Shown piece after piece: positions 9,975 through 19,132 of a stretch of 64,000 nucleotides of DNA; the stretch's first letter is position 1, and the number at the start of each line of letters is the position of its first letter. Source of the DNA: a virus (lineage: Duplodnaviria > Heunggongvirae > Uroviricota > Caudoviricetes); IMG/VR virus record IMGVR_UViG_3300006092_000059, positions 12,516 through 76,515 of that record. One strand, written 5' to 3'. The notes under the pieces are model-generated. The model made no database searches, had not been told where the DNA came from, and saw only the letters and a program-made list of their open reading frames with translations. Both the position numbers and the translations under genes were made by a program.

Positions 9975-10339
9975 TTTACTTCTATAAGTACTTGTTTTTT
10001 AAAGTTATAAATATATTTTGCATGGTTAGCATTCATTAAAAAATGAGATAATTCTTCACACCATATATCTATACTTAATTCACCTATAGTAGTTTTAATA
10101 CCTCCATAGCTATTAATAGTATAAGAATTAAAGCCTCTATTATTTATTAAAGCAGCTATAGTTCTTGTAGTAACTTGAAATAACTCTCTGTTAGGAACTA
10201 TTATATCAAAGTCATTTGGTTTTTCATCTTTAAGAAGTTTTTCTAAACAACTTCCTACTATCCATCCTTCTGATATTAGTAATAAACTAATAATTTCTGC
10301 AGGTAAATCTCTATAAAATTTATTCTTTATATTTTCCAT
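9971..10339 (-). CDS. hypothetical protein, minimal nucleotidyltransferase-like
   Basis: WIVGSCLEKLL ... NDFDIIVPN resembles the GS ... DxD core of Pol-beta-superfamily nucleotidyltransferases. Weak. Confidence 0.3.
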   Translation of the reverse strand: MENIKNKFYRDLPAEIISLLLISEGWIVGSCLEKLLKDEKPNDFDIIVPNRELFQVTTRTIAALINNRGFNSYTINSYGGIKTTIGELSIDIWCEELSHFLMNANHAKYIYNFKKQVLIEVK

Positions 10340-12078
10340 TAATTTATTTGTCTAAATGTAATTTCTGGATTATTTTCAAGCCATATACTTAATAATCTTT
10401 CAAGTATAAACGTATGAAAAGTATAATAATCTAGACCAGTTTGAAGTTTTAAAGCATCTGTTGGTAAGCCTGCTTTATAATTAGCATTAGTAAATGCTTC
10501 TTCTTTAAACTCAGTTTCTAATAATTCAATAGCAGGTTTTATTACCTCATTTATATATTTTTTGTATATAGAGTATTTTCCTATCCAAAAATTTGAATAA
10601 ATGATATTTTTAGGCTCAATTAATTTTAAATTAAGCTTATGACATATTTTAGTAAATAGACTCAAAAATCCTGGATGAGAATATTCCGTAAAAGCCAAAT
10701 AATGTTTTTTTATAAAACTAGGAGATAATCCTATTATATCAGGAATTCCTTCAGCTTTTAACTCATTAAATATCTTTGTTACTAACTTTTTAGGAAGTCT
10801 TGTTTTATATGGAAACTTCCAACTAAATATTCCTAAATAATCATTATCTTTAAAGTCATTATTATCAATTAAATTAATAATAGGATTATACTCAAATAGA
10901 TAACTTTTTTCCTCTACAGTTCTAATTGGGTTGTATATAGGAGTATATTCAGTAGATTGATCTAAAGTATAAGTTATTCCATAAATTTTTAAATCTTCTG
11001 GAGTAACTTCTGTTGATTCATTCATTAGGAATTCACAAGCTAATCTTAAATTATCAATTCTTTGCTCAAAATGATTATTAGTTTTTACAACTTCAGAAGC
11101 TTCTTTTCCTACTTTTTTGAAAGATCTATCTTTTACTAAACTTTTAACCCATCCATAATATTCAGATGTCTTCTCAGCAGGTAAAATTGTTGATACCTCT
11201 TTATCAATATAAAGAGAACTTCCTATTACAGGAATTTCTTTACAAGCAGCTTCTATTAGTTTAAGAGAACTTTTACATTCTGCAAATTCACTCTTTTCAA
11301 GTGGAGCTAATAAAATATCTATTTTATCATAAAGATCCATATATGAATCAGTAGATTTACCTTCTAAGACCTCTACTTCCATTTTTGGATTAACTTTAAA
11401 CAAGGATACAATCTTGTCCCATTTCTTATTAGGTTGATATCCTGCTATAGTAAATTTACATTTTTTTTGTATGTCACTATCATTAGCTAACTTTTGAACT
11501 GTAGTTCTAAGTAACTGCCAATCACTATAATGGGCTAATCCTCCACAAACACCTATAGATATCTTACCATTAGATTCTTCCTTTTTAGGAATGAACTGAT
11601 TTTCTCCTAAAGGTAGAAAATTAGGACTAATTGTTACATATTTATTAAAACTTACACAATGAGCAGCTAATCTTTGTGTTGATACAGTTACTATATCTGC
11701 AAGCACTATTAAACCTATTAAAGAACTATAATCAGTTTTACTCTGTATATGATTTTTAGGAAGTTCCCAAAAGTCATCAACATCTTGAACTAATTTAAAT
11801 CCATATTTAGATTTCCAGCCAGATATTTGAGCAATTGGATTAGAATAGATCCAATTTACCCAAACAATATCGTAGTTTTTAACTACTTCTTCTTGTAATT
11901 CATACTTACCTGGTTCATGTTCTAAAATATCTACCTCAATAATTGCCTTTTCTCCTTTTATTTCAATTTCTTTACCCCTTAAATAAGAAAGGGGAAGAGC
12001 CACACGGTGATACCTTGAGCCACTTCCCTTCTCTATTAATCCTAAAATTTTTACTTGTTTCATCTGGCAAATATACAA
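10339..12078 (-). CDS. GT-B-type glycosyltransferase-like protein with an extra C-terminal domain
   Basis: KSSLKLIEAACKEIPVIGSS resembles the GT4 E ... GLPLIEAMACGxPVI motif. The ~220-aa C-terminal extension is unassigned. Confidence 0.35.
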   Translation of the reverse strand: MYICQMKQVKILGLIEKGSGSRYHRVALPLSYLRGKEIEIKGEKAIIEVDILEHEPGKYELQEEVVKNYDIVWVNWIYSNPIAQISGWKSKYGFKLVQDVDDFWELPKNHIQSKTDYSSLIGLIVLADIVTVSTQRLAAHCVSFNKYVTISPNFLPLGENQFIPKKEESNGKISIGVCGGLAHYSDWQLLRTTVQKLANDSDIQKKCKFTIAGYQPNKKWDKIVSLFKVNPKMEVEVLEGKSTDSYMDLYDKIDILLAPLEKSEFAECKSSLKLIEAACKEIPVIGSSLYIDKEVSTILPAEKTSEYYGWVKSLVKDRSFKKVGKEASEVVKTNNHFEQRIDNLRLACEFLMNESTEVTPEDLKIYGITYTLDQSTEYTPIYNPIRTVEEKSYLFEYNPIINLIDNNDFKDNDYLGIFSWKFPYKTRLPKKLVTKIFNELKAEGIPDIIGLSPSFIKKHYLAFTEYSHPGFLSLFTKICHKLNLKLIEPKNIIYSNFWIGKYSIYKKYINEVIKPAIELLETEFKEEAFTNANYKAGLPTDALKLQTGLDYYTFHTFILERLLSIWLENNPEITFRQIN

Positions 12079-12112
12079 ATAAAGTATATCTTACCAAAAT
12101 ATTTAACAAAAT

Positions 12113-12325
12113 TTATCTAAGAGGTCTTTCTTTTTGTTTTGCAAGTTTCATATACTCACTTAAGACTTCTTTTTGTCTTATAGTTAAACCTGTAAAAATT
12201 ACCCATGTACCATCACCTTTTGGATGAGGTACTTTTACTGTACTGTCTTTGTTCATTTTTTCATAAAATTTTGCTTTACTAATCATATAGTCAAATATAT
12301 CTTCTGATTCCTCTGTTATGTTCAT
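12113..12325 (-). CDS. hypothetical protein
   Basis: 70-aa ORF in the operon orientation. Confidence 0.35.
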   Translation of the reverse strand: MNITEESEDIFDYMISKAKFYEKMNKDSTVKVPHPKGDGTWVIFTGLTIRQKEVLSEYMKLAKQKERPLR

Positions 12326-12519
12326 CTTATATCATTTTCTAAATTTTCAAATATTACATCATAAATATCATTAAATATTTTTTGATACTTTGGTAGAAAT
12401 ACATAAGCTTCCATTTTTCTATCGTATTTACTATGCTTTTCTTTATTATGAGCAGCAATAGCTTCTACATATTCAAAGGCAATTTTACTTACTACTTCTA
12501 CTTTATTAGTTTTACTCAT
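12322..12519 (-). CDS. hypothetical protein
   Basis: 65-aa ORF. Its start overlaps the stop of the upstream small ORF as ATGA. Confidence 0.35.
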   Translation of the reverse strand: MSKTNKVEVVSKIAFEYVEAIAAHNKEKHSKYDRKMEAYVFLPKYQKIFNDIYDVIFENLENDIR

Positions 12520-12686
12520 GATCTTAATTCTAATTGTGACTCACTAAAAATATGAAGCATTCCATTACCTTCTAGTTCAGCTACTACTCTTATTTCTCCT
12601 TTAGTGGTAGTGAAAACTGCTACGATTATTCCATCAAATGAATAACCTTTTGGTTTATAAACCTTGTCTGTTACTTTAAATTTCAT
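12516..12686 (-). CDS. small hypothetical protein (56 aa, not in the ORF track)
   Basis: Reverse strand reads MKFKVTDKVYKPKGYSFDGIIVAVFTTTKGEIRVVAELEGNGMLHIFSESQLELRS. It fills an otherwise empty 166-nt gap. Its start overlaps the upstream stop as TAATG and its stop overlaps the next start as ATGA, consistent with translational coupling. Confidence 0.4.
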   Translation of the reverse strand: MKFKVTDKVYKPKGYSFDGIIVAVFTTTKGEIRVVAELEGNGMLHIFSESQLELRS

Positions 12687-13144
12687 TAGTCATAAATTGG
12701 AAAAAAGTGACTACAAGTACCAAAAGATGTACCAAATAATTTTTTAATTATAAGATATTCTTCTTCAGTAATTTCTTGTATATTCAAATTACTAAAGTAA
12801 TCTTCCTTGCTATAGAAAGTTAAAGATTCATTAGTACCAAATCCAAGTTCATATTCTTTTCTTCTAAATTTATGATTCCATTTATCTGGTTCTTTTAAAT
12901 ACTGCTCATAGGTAACAATAACACCATGTTTATTTTCCTTTGAAGGATATTCAATATACTTATTATAAGAACTTATTTTATCAAATTGTTCTTCTGTAAC
13001 ATTTCCTACTTCAAAAAAGGTATCTAATATGTCTTCAGTTTTCTTTCTATTCTTAAGATAATCTGTCTCATTACATATTATAAAAGCTTTTACATCAAAT
13101 TCATCAGCGTAATCAGCTGACATCTTAATTAAATAATATTTCAT
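12686..13144 (-). CDS. hypothetical protein (N-terminus paralogous to the 13949..14458 product)
   Basis: MKYYLIKMSADYADEFDVKAFIICNETDYLKNRKK aligns with MKKYYLLTFNEDWADEHYVPALECFTEEDFNKWKK. Confidence 0.4.
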   Translation of the reverse strand: MKYYLIKMSADYADEFDVKAFIICNETDYLKNRKKTEDILDTFFEVGNVTEEQFDKISSYNKYIEYPSKENKHGVIVTYEQYLKEPDKWNHKFRRKEYELGFGTNESLTFYSKEDYFSNLNIQEITEEEYLIIKKLFGTSFGTCSHFFPIYD

Positions 13145-13962
13145 TAAATTAATTCATTTAAAGATTTTATTCGTTTATATCCAACATTATATCGTTGATT
13201 ATGTGGAGTATCATATAAGAAAGTACATATACCTGCTTTATTTAAAGCTATGAAATTATCATAACAATCATCTACAAAGATATCAATCCCACTCTCTTTA
13301 GCCACTTCTACTTTGGATTGTCCACTTCCTACACAATATACAGGTTTTGTTGGAAATCCATGCATATCAAGCCATTTAATTGTAGTTTCAACAGGAATAG
13401 GTCTAGATGTAATATAACAATGAGGTTCAAAAGGAATATCTGTTGGTTTTAACAAAGGTTTTAATCCTAAGTAAAAATCATTAAGAGTTCCTTTTTCTCT
13501 CATAGCATCAAATCTATTTCTAATTTCTCTATCAAAATACCAAGCTGTAGCTACATCTTTAATATTGTGAAGCTCTCTCCATGCATTAATCCAATCACAC
13601 AACACTTCATCAATATCTAAGCCTATTTTAGGTGTTGCTAGATAGTTGTGAGGTCTATCATCTCCTTGTGGATAAATCTTATAATAATCAACTAGGAACA
13701 TTGCATTACACATTACATGAGCTGCATGTAGCAATCCAGTTTCTTTATCAAAATCTTCTCCACTTTCAATAGCAGTAAGATGTCTTTTTAGACTTCCTAT
13801 TACTCTGCTCCATTTCATTCCTTTCCGCCAATTATTATCAGCATATTTAGCTGCTCCGAAGGTTAATACTTTTGCTAATTCATTAATAGCAGTAGGTGAG
13901 AGCAAATCCTGCCTCACCTTACCACTATCAAATCTTAATCCTTTGTCTTCATTCTGTTGCAT
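13144..13962 (-). CDS. bifunctional nucleotide-sanitising enzyme: N-terminal all-alpha dATP/dGTP-diphosphohydrolase-like (MazG-related) domain fused to a HAD 5'(3')-deoxyribonucleotidase
   Basis: N-terminus LRFDSGKVRQDLL ... AAKYADNNWRKGM ... LLHAAHVMCNAMFLVDY matches the phage dNTP-diphosphohydrolase N-domain pattern. The C-terminus has HAD motif I GLDIDEVLCDW, as in NT5C DxDGVL. Confidence 0.5.
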   Translation of the reverse strand: MQQNEDKGLRFDSGKVRQDLLSPTAINELAKVLTFGAAKYADNNWRKGMKWSRVIGSLKRHLTAIESGEDFDKETGLLHAAHVMCNAMFLVDYYKIYPQGDDRPHNYLATPKIGLDIDEVLCDWINAWRELHNIKDVATAWYFDREIRNRFDAMREKGTLNDFYLGLKPLLKPTDIPFEPHCYITSRPIPVETTIKWLDMHGFPTKPVYCVGSGQSKVEVAKESGIDIFVDDCYDNFIALNKAGICTFLYDTPHNQRYNVGYKRIKSLNELI

Positions 13963-14458
13963 CTAAAAAATCTTTTGAACATTCAATATGAGTAGGAGCA
14001 CTTATATAATCTCCATTTATAATAAATGTATGTACATCATGTGAAGTTCCCACTTTAATTTGATTCATACAGTGCTCACATACTTTGTTTTTTCTTCCTT
14101 TTTCTATTCTATTAGTTTCATATAAATCTTCTTTGTTGAATCCATTTCCATTTGGATTTTCTTGTTCTAAATCAAATACACAAGAAAGACTTAAACCTCC
14201 AAGACTTGCTTTGTGAAATACTTTATAAAAGGCTTCATCTACTACTGTTTTACTTACACAGTCTTTTAATAATTGCTCTCCAGTCAATCCTTGTAAATCT
14301 TCACAAAATTCATCTCCACTATTACCTAAATTGGCACTTGGATAGATTTTTAATTTTTTCCATTTATTAAAGTCTTCTTCTGTAAAACATTCTAATGCAG
14401 GAACATAATGCTCATCTGCCCAATCCTCATTAAATGTTAATAAATAATATTTTTTCAT
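13949..14458 (-). CDS. hypothetical protein, Cys-rich (paralogous N-terminus)
   Basis: See 12686..13144. Contains CEHC ... HIEC Cys/His pairs. Confidence 0.4.
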   Translation of the reverse strand: MKKYYLLTFNEDWADEHYVPALECFTEEDFNKWKKLKIYPSANLGNSGDEFCEDLQGLTGEQLLKDCVSKTVVDEAFYKVFHKASLGGLSLSCVFDLEQENPNGNGFNKEDLYETNRIEKGRKNKVCEHCMNQIKVGTSHDVHTFIINGDYISAPTHIECSKDFLDATE

Positions 14459-14461
14459 TTT

Positions 14462-14737
14462 TTAAATTTTTATAAAACTTCCATTCCAAGAATTTATTCT
14501 TCTTTTATGTCCATTTTTCATTTTAATTCCATATACATCAAATTGATCATATACTGTTTGATTTAGTTCTCTATCATATCTTCTTTGCAGATATGGGTAT
14601 TGAACTACTATTCCTCTTTGTAGTCTACAAGAAGTTGAAGCAGGGGCATAAATTACTTCATCCCCTACATTCACCTCCTTACCAAAGAAATCTCTTATTT
14701 CTATTTCTTGACCTAATGCATTTCTATACGTTATCAT
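14462..14737 (-). CDS. hypothetical protein
   Basis: 91-aa ORF. Confidence 0.35.
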   Translation of the reverse strand: MITYRNALGQEIEIRDFFGKEVNVGDEVIYAPASTSCRLQRGIVVQYPYLQRRYDRELNQTVYDQFDVYGIKMKNGHKRRINSWNGSFIKI

Positions 14738-15576
14738 CTTCTTCCAATTTCATCAGGATATAGATCTTTACAGAAATCTGATTGCCAGTATTCCTTAGTA
14801 TCTATATCCATTATAGTCAATCTACCTACAAATCCAGCTCCTGTATCTAGATTCCATAAATTAAATCTGTTCATAGGAACAGTAACAGGAATTGTTCCTT
14901 TCTTTATAACTAATCCAGTTGAAACAGATACTTCTTCATCTTCCCACCAATTTACAGTAGCAGTATGTCCTATATAAATCTCTTTATAAGATCCATTAGT
15001 TTTTACTTTTTTGTATCTGCTGTCTATCATTGTAGAAGCTCCAACAGCACTATTCCATAAATCTCTATCCCAATATAACACTTGATCAGGTTGATCTGTT
15101 ATAGGAAGATGTCTATTTATTCCTCCATGTACAAATAATCTTTTCTTGTCATCAAGATAGTATCTGTTTTGATATTTAAAGAATTTTACGTGACTTTCTG
15201 GTATATTTCCAGGATTGAAGTTAGTAATTACTGTTTGTTCTTCATGATCCCATTTAAGTTGGAATTTATCCCAACTTCTACCTAAACAATTAAATCCATA
15301 GCTTTTTAAAGTAGCTAAAGCTCCATGTTTAAATCTTTCAGGATGAATTCCTCCTTGAATATATTCATTCCACCACCAATCATGATTACCTCTTATAGCA
15401 ATGAGATTTTTGCATTTTAAGAGCAATTCTACACATTCAAAAGATTCACCCCATCCATCTACAATATCACCTAAATCTATCAGTAAATCCTCTTCAAAAT
15501 CAAATTTTGCTCTATCAAAGCATTGTTGCATGGCTTTTGCAGCTCCATGCTTGTCTCCCATTACAAATGTTCTCAT
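14734..15576 (-). CDS. calcineurin-like metallophosphoesterase (lambda Ser/Thr phosphatase / ApaH-like)
   Basis: GDKHG, GDIVDGW and GNHDW motifs in the canonical order and spacing (GDxHG ... GDxxDRG ... GNHE). Confidence 0.7.
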   Translation of the reverse strand: MRTFVMGDKHGAAKAMQQCFDRAKFDFEEDLLIDLGDIVDGWGESFECVELLLKCKNLIAIRGNHDWWWNEYIQGGIHPERFKHGALATLKSYGFNCLGRSWDKFQLKWDHEEQTVITNFNPGNIPESHVKFFKYQNRYYLDDKKRLFVHGGINRHLPITDQPDQVLYWDRDLWNSAVGASTMIDSRYKKVKTNGSYKEIYIGHTATVNWWEDEEVSVSTGLVIKKGTIPVTVPMNRFNLWNLDTGAGFVGRLTIMDIDTKEYWQSDFCKDLYPDEIGRR

Positions 15577-15661
15577 TTTTTAAATATAAATATCATTATT
15601 AACAATGTTATTACTGCTATAAAGAATTCTTGTGTATTTATTATATTATTAACAATCCATT

Positions 15662-16057
15662 TCATAGTCCATATTGTTCAGGATATTTAGCATATGCTTT
15701 AAAAGTATTTCTAAACTCCTTACTTCTATTTTTAAATGTTTTCAATGTATAACCATGAATCTGTTCAAGATCTTCATAACCTCCTTCTTTATAGGATTGT
15801 CTTAGAATTCTTCCTTCATAATCTCCTAATAAATATAGTCCTAGTAATTTACTAAAGGTATAATAGTCTATTTCACTATACTTATTATAGGATCTATTTT
15901 TCCAATTTCTACGAGCTTCTATAGATATTTCCTTAATAAGTTCTAAGATTTTCCATATTCTTTTATCTTTGTATCTTTTGTACTTTCCACTATCCCATGC
16001 ACTTCTTATATTATGCATAAGCATTTGTAAAAGTAATACTTTTTCTCTTAGTATCAT
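15662..16057 (-). CDS. hypothetical protein
   Basis: 131-aa ORF. Confidence 0.35.
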   Translation of the reverse strand: MILREKVLLLQMLMHNIRSAWDSGKYKRYKDKRIWKILELIKEISIEARRNWKNRSYNKYSEIDYYTFSKLLGLYLLGDYEGRILRQSYKEGGYEDLEQIHGYTLKTFKNRSKEFRNTFKAYAKYPEQYGL

Positions 16058-16440
16058 CTTAATAAATAATAAGTTAAGAATAATTGTGAATAGTGTAATA
16101 ATTGGTCAAATCCAATTACTGAAAATGCTCCAGTATTAGGAATTGGAGATCCAAATTCACCTTTAGCAAACTTTTTACTTACTATCCTACTTGTTATATA
16201 ATCTGTAAGTGTATGCAATACAAATGTAATTGGTATAAACCATAACATATTAGGACTATAACAAGTAAGTAATCCCAAAATAGAAATTACAGGAATCCAA
16301 CAAGTAGTATAAACAACTGTATGTTTCAATAATGCTTTAATACTCTTACTTTTATTAGTAGCCCATTCTTCATCTTGCATTATAAAATCTGCAAAGTAAT
16401 GTGTCACTAATATAGAGAATATTACTAATAAACTTATCAT
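16054..16440 (-). CDS. small integral membrane protein (DUF3307-like)
   Basis: Several TM segments. HYFADFIMQ near the N-terminus. Confidence 0.35.
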   Translation of the reverse strand: MISLLVIFSILVTHYFADFIMQDEEWATNKSKSIKALLKHTVVYTTCWIPVISILGLLTCYSPNMLWFIPITFVLHTLTDYITSRIVSKKFAKGEFGSPIPNTGAFSVIGFDQLLHYSQLFLTYYLLR

Positions 16441-16814
16441 ACTCTTCCTTTGTATTTTTCCTCATCCATGTAAGACTTAAATTTGCCTAGTTTATAGAAT
16501 ACTCTTTCCTCACATCTTGTTTCACCAAATAGTTTAAATAGAATAGATATCCTAATAGCTACATCTCCAATTTCTTCAATTATCTCTTCATCTCTAGGTT
16601 CTTTAGGGCCTCCTTTCTTAATTACTTTCTTAATTAATTTCTCTTGTAGTTCTGCCAATTCTTCAATACATTTTAATAGATTATAATCTGGCTCATTATA
16701 TTCTATCATTCTTTCTAAGGTTTGTTCTCCTTCTTCATACTTTCTTCTCCATTCTGTATCATTAGCTAAATCTAGTTCAAATGACTCTGGATTAATTCCT
16801 GGTACTTCTTCCAT
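16437..16814 (-). CDS. MazG-like NTP pyrophosphohydrolase (second copy)
   Basis: EELAELQE ... EEIGDVAIR matches the MazG ExxE ... E ... D metal-binding pattern. Confidence 0.5.
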   Translation of the reverse strand: MEEVPGINPESFELDLANDTEWRRKYEEGEQTLERMIEYNEPDYNLLKCIEELAELQEKLIKKVIKKGGPKEPRDEEIIEEIGDVAIRISILFKLFGETRCEERVFYKLGKFKSYMDEEKYKGRV

Positions 16815-17115
16815 TATGATATTCTTCCTTTAATTTTTCTTGTAATTCAAATAAAAATTTCCACTTCTCTTGATCTTTAATTTTATGTCGTTTAAATTCC
16901 CACAGTTGATGTTCTTCTGGAGTCATTAATATTATATTCTCTTTTTTAAGTCTGTATGAAGGATACAGTCCTTTTGGTAGTATATGAGAAAATTGCCAGT
17001 GCCATTGAGAATGCCCTTTTCCATGTAAAGGTAGTCCACTAATCTCAGATTTATGTTCACGTTCTTCCCAAATTATACTAAATAAATGCGCTTGATTTTT
17101 TATGTTATCCTTCAT
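16792..17115 (-). CDS. hypothetical protein, possible HNH-like nuclease
   Basis: His-rich core HGKGHSQWHWQFSHILPKG. Weak. Confidence 0.25.
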   Translation of the reverse strand: MKDNIKNQAHLFSIIWEEREHKSEISGLPLHGKGHSQWHWQFSHILPKGLYPSYRLKKENIILMTPEEHQLWEFKRHKIKDQEKWKFLFELQEKLKEEYHNGRSTRN

Positions 17116-17533
17116 TTTGTCTAAATATTACAAGCATAGATGGAAAAGGAGCAGAATTTTTACTCTTTCCAAATTTCAATCTACCCTTAATAAATCTTAT
17201 TTCTTGCTGTCCATAAATATATTCATGAAAAGCTATTGTATCAGTTCTTGCAGGTAGTAAAGCAACTACTACAGCTCCTTTTTGAGCTTCTTCATATGCT
17301 TTCTTTATCCATAATTTTGATTGATTATATGGAGGATTCATCCAACATATATCTTTAGACCAGTCTTGAACTAGTCCATTTTTCTTAACATCAAAGAATT
17401 TCTCACATTTGTTTGTATTAATATCTGCACAAACATCTAATGTAAATTTAAATTCTTCATTTAAGATTTCAAATAACCATTGAGGAGTTTCCCAAGTGTT
17501 ATTTTCACTACTAAACATTAATTCTGTATTCAC
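17105..17533 (-). CDS. dam: phage Dam-like DNA N6-adenine methyltransferase
   Basis: ETPQWLFE ... DVCAD ... WMNPPY (the NPPY catalytic motif). Small Dam_MT architecture. Confidence 0.6.
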   Translation of the reverse strand: MNTELMFSSENNTWETPQWLFEILNEEFKFTLDVCADINTNKCEKFFDVKKNGLVQDWSKDICWMNPPYNQSKLWIKKAYEEAQKGAVVVALLPARTDTIAFHEYIYGQQEIRFIKGRLKFGKSKNSAPFPSMLVIFRQNEG

Positions 17534-17759
17534 TTTACATAATTAAATAGAATCTGTCAGGTGGATAGGGCATGACTATTCCTATCCTATTTAAACCTTC
17601 CTTTCCTACCCTTTTAATTTCCTGCTTATCTTACCATAGCTGGCTAATACGAGTTTACATTAGATTGCTCTAATTTCAAGGGTACAGGATTTGATCTAGT
17701 TATAGCTTACAGGCTTAAACTAATTTTTGCATTCAGGTGCTGACATTTTCTACTTATAT

Positions 17760-18110
17760 TCAATTAAGGTTGCCTTTGTATTTCTCTATTAGTTTTTCAA
17801 TATGCTGAAGGTAATAATTAACAAAATTATCATGTCCTTCTGGATCTTGTTTCCAGTTTAAGTACATTACTGCACGCAGCCTTTTGGAAGGGCTTATAGT
17901 GTTAATTTCATCAACCTTTAGATTTTTTATTAAATCCGCTTCATCATTAGTGAAATTTTCTTCCTTGATAGCTACATAAGCTAGCTTACCTTGCAGATGG
18001 AATAAAGTACCTGCTTTCTCTGGAGTTAACTCCTGTGTTCCCAACACTATTTTAAGAGTAGAATCTTTTCTTGTGTTTATCCCTTCTACTGTTGCTGGAA
18101 TCACTATCAT
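17760..18110 (-). CDS. hypothetical protein
   Basis: 116-aa ORF. Confidence 0.35.
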   Translation of the reverse strand: MIVIPATVEGINTRKDSTLKIVLGTQELTPEKAGTLFHLQGKLAYVAIKEENFTNDEADLIKNLKVDEINTISPSKRLRAVMYLNWKQDPEGHDNFVNYYLQHIEKLIEKYKGNLN

Positions 18111-18433
18111 CTATTGTCCCCAGAGCCTTGTAAGACTCCTCTTAATCTTCTATCTTCAAGTTTTTTTATATTTGCATCAGCAATACTGTCTAGAGAAATT
18201 CCTAAGTCTTGAGCTGTAGCGGCTACATACCATAGTACATCACCCAATTCACTAGCAATTCCTTGATTAAGTTCTGGAGTAAACACCCCATTGTTATCAC
18301 GTAATACTTTCTTTATCTTCCCTAGAACTTCTCCTGCTTCATTAGCAAGACCAAGTGATGGATAAATAATAGCATTACCTGCTCCATATACTGCTGTTTT
18401 TAATGCTTTTTCTTGATATTCCTTAAAATCCAT
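18107..18433 (-). CDS. mazG: MazG nucleotide pyrophosphohydrolase
   Basis: LANEAGEVLGKIKK ... ASELGDVLWYV ... ANIKKLEDR is a canonical MazG single-domain signature. Confidence 0.7.
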   Translation of the reverse strand: MDFKEYQEKALKTAVYGAGNAIIYPSLGLANEAGEVLGKIKKVLRDNNGVFTPELNQGIASELGDVLWYVAATAQDLGISLDSIADANIKKLEDRRLRGVLQGSGDNR

Positions 18434-18891
18434 TAACTGTTGATTAAATCTGAAACTACCTTAGCTTTTTCAAGCTTAGATAATTTTTTATTTTCAATAG
18501 TTGTTAATGCTATAAATACTTTATAAGTATCCTCATCGTATTCAGCTAATCCTGATTCTTCTAAGAAAGTTATTTTAGTATTTAAGTTATTAATTTCTGA
18601 TTCTTTTTCTTTAATTTCCTTTTTAATATCCTCTATTTCCTTTAGAAGATCTTCTTTTGTGCCAGAATTACCTTTTAATTCATTTCCATATACATAACCC
18701 CCATTCAACCAACTCTTACTTTTTGGGCTTTGCACTAATACAGTACAATATCCTCCATAAGTTTCATATCCACTAGTTGTAATATGAGTAATCTTAAATT
18801 TGTATCCTTTAGTTCTTAGATAAGGATTACTACTTGAATATGTAGAATTATTACTTGCTAAATATATCTGACCTACTTTAAGTTTTGCCAT
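18433..18891 (-). CDS. hypothetical protein with a C-terminal coiled coil
   Basis: 152-aa ORF. Confidence 0.35.
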   Translation of the reverse strand: MAKLKVGQIYLASNNSTYSSSNPYLRTKGYKFKITHITTSGYETYGGYCTVLVQSPKSKSWLNGGYVYGNELKGNSGTKEDLLKEIEDIKKEIKEKESEINNLNTKITFLEESGLAEYDEDTYKVFIALTTIENKKLSKLEKAKVVSDLINS

Positions 18892-18900
18892 CTAATTAAT

Positions 18901-19128
18901 TTAACTAAAATCGAATTCATCCCAATCTGGTTCAAATTCATCAAAATCATTCTCTCTTCCTGATAGTTTAATATCATAAGAAATCTCATTCTCAGGCACT
19001 TCTGCCTCAGAAAATTCATTCTTAATCAAATATATATCTCCAGTAATTTTCTGGATTATATAAAATCCTGAGGAGGTATCATCAGGATCTTTCCAGAATA
19101 CCTCCTCGCCTACTTTGAATTTAGCCAT
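18901..19128 (-). CDS. hypothetical protein (start moved to the internal Met so it no longer overlaps RNR; the track ORF runs to 19233)
   Basis: MAKFKVGEEVFWKD... begins 5 nt downstream of the RNR stop. Confidence 0.35.
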   Translation of the reverse strand: MAKFKVGEEVFWKDPDDTSSGFYIIQKITGDIYLIKNEFSEAEVPENEISYDIKLSGRENDFDEFEPDWDEFDFS

Positions 19129-19132
19129 TTTC

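Noticed and set aside
17640-17720. Possible tRNA, from the CAGGATTTGATC T-arm-like sequence
   Set aside because: No acceptor or anticodon stems could be built on either strand. Probably a remnant or chance match.
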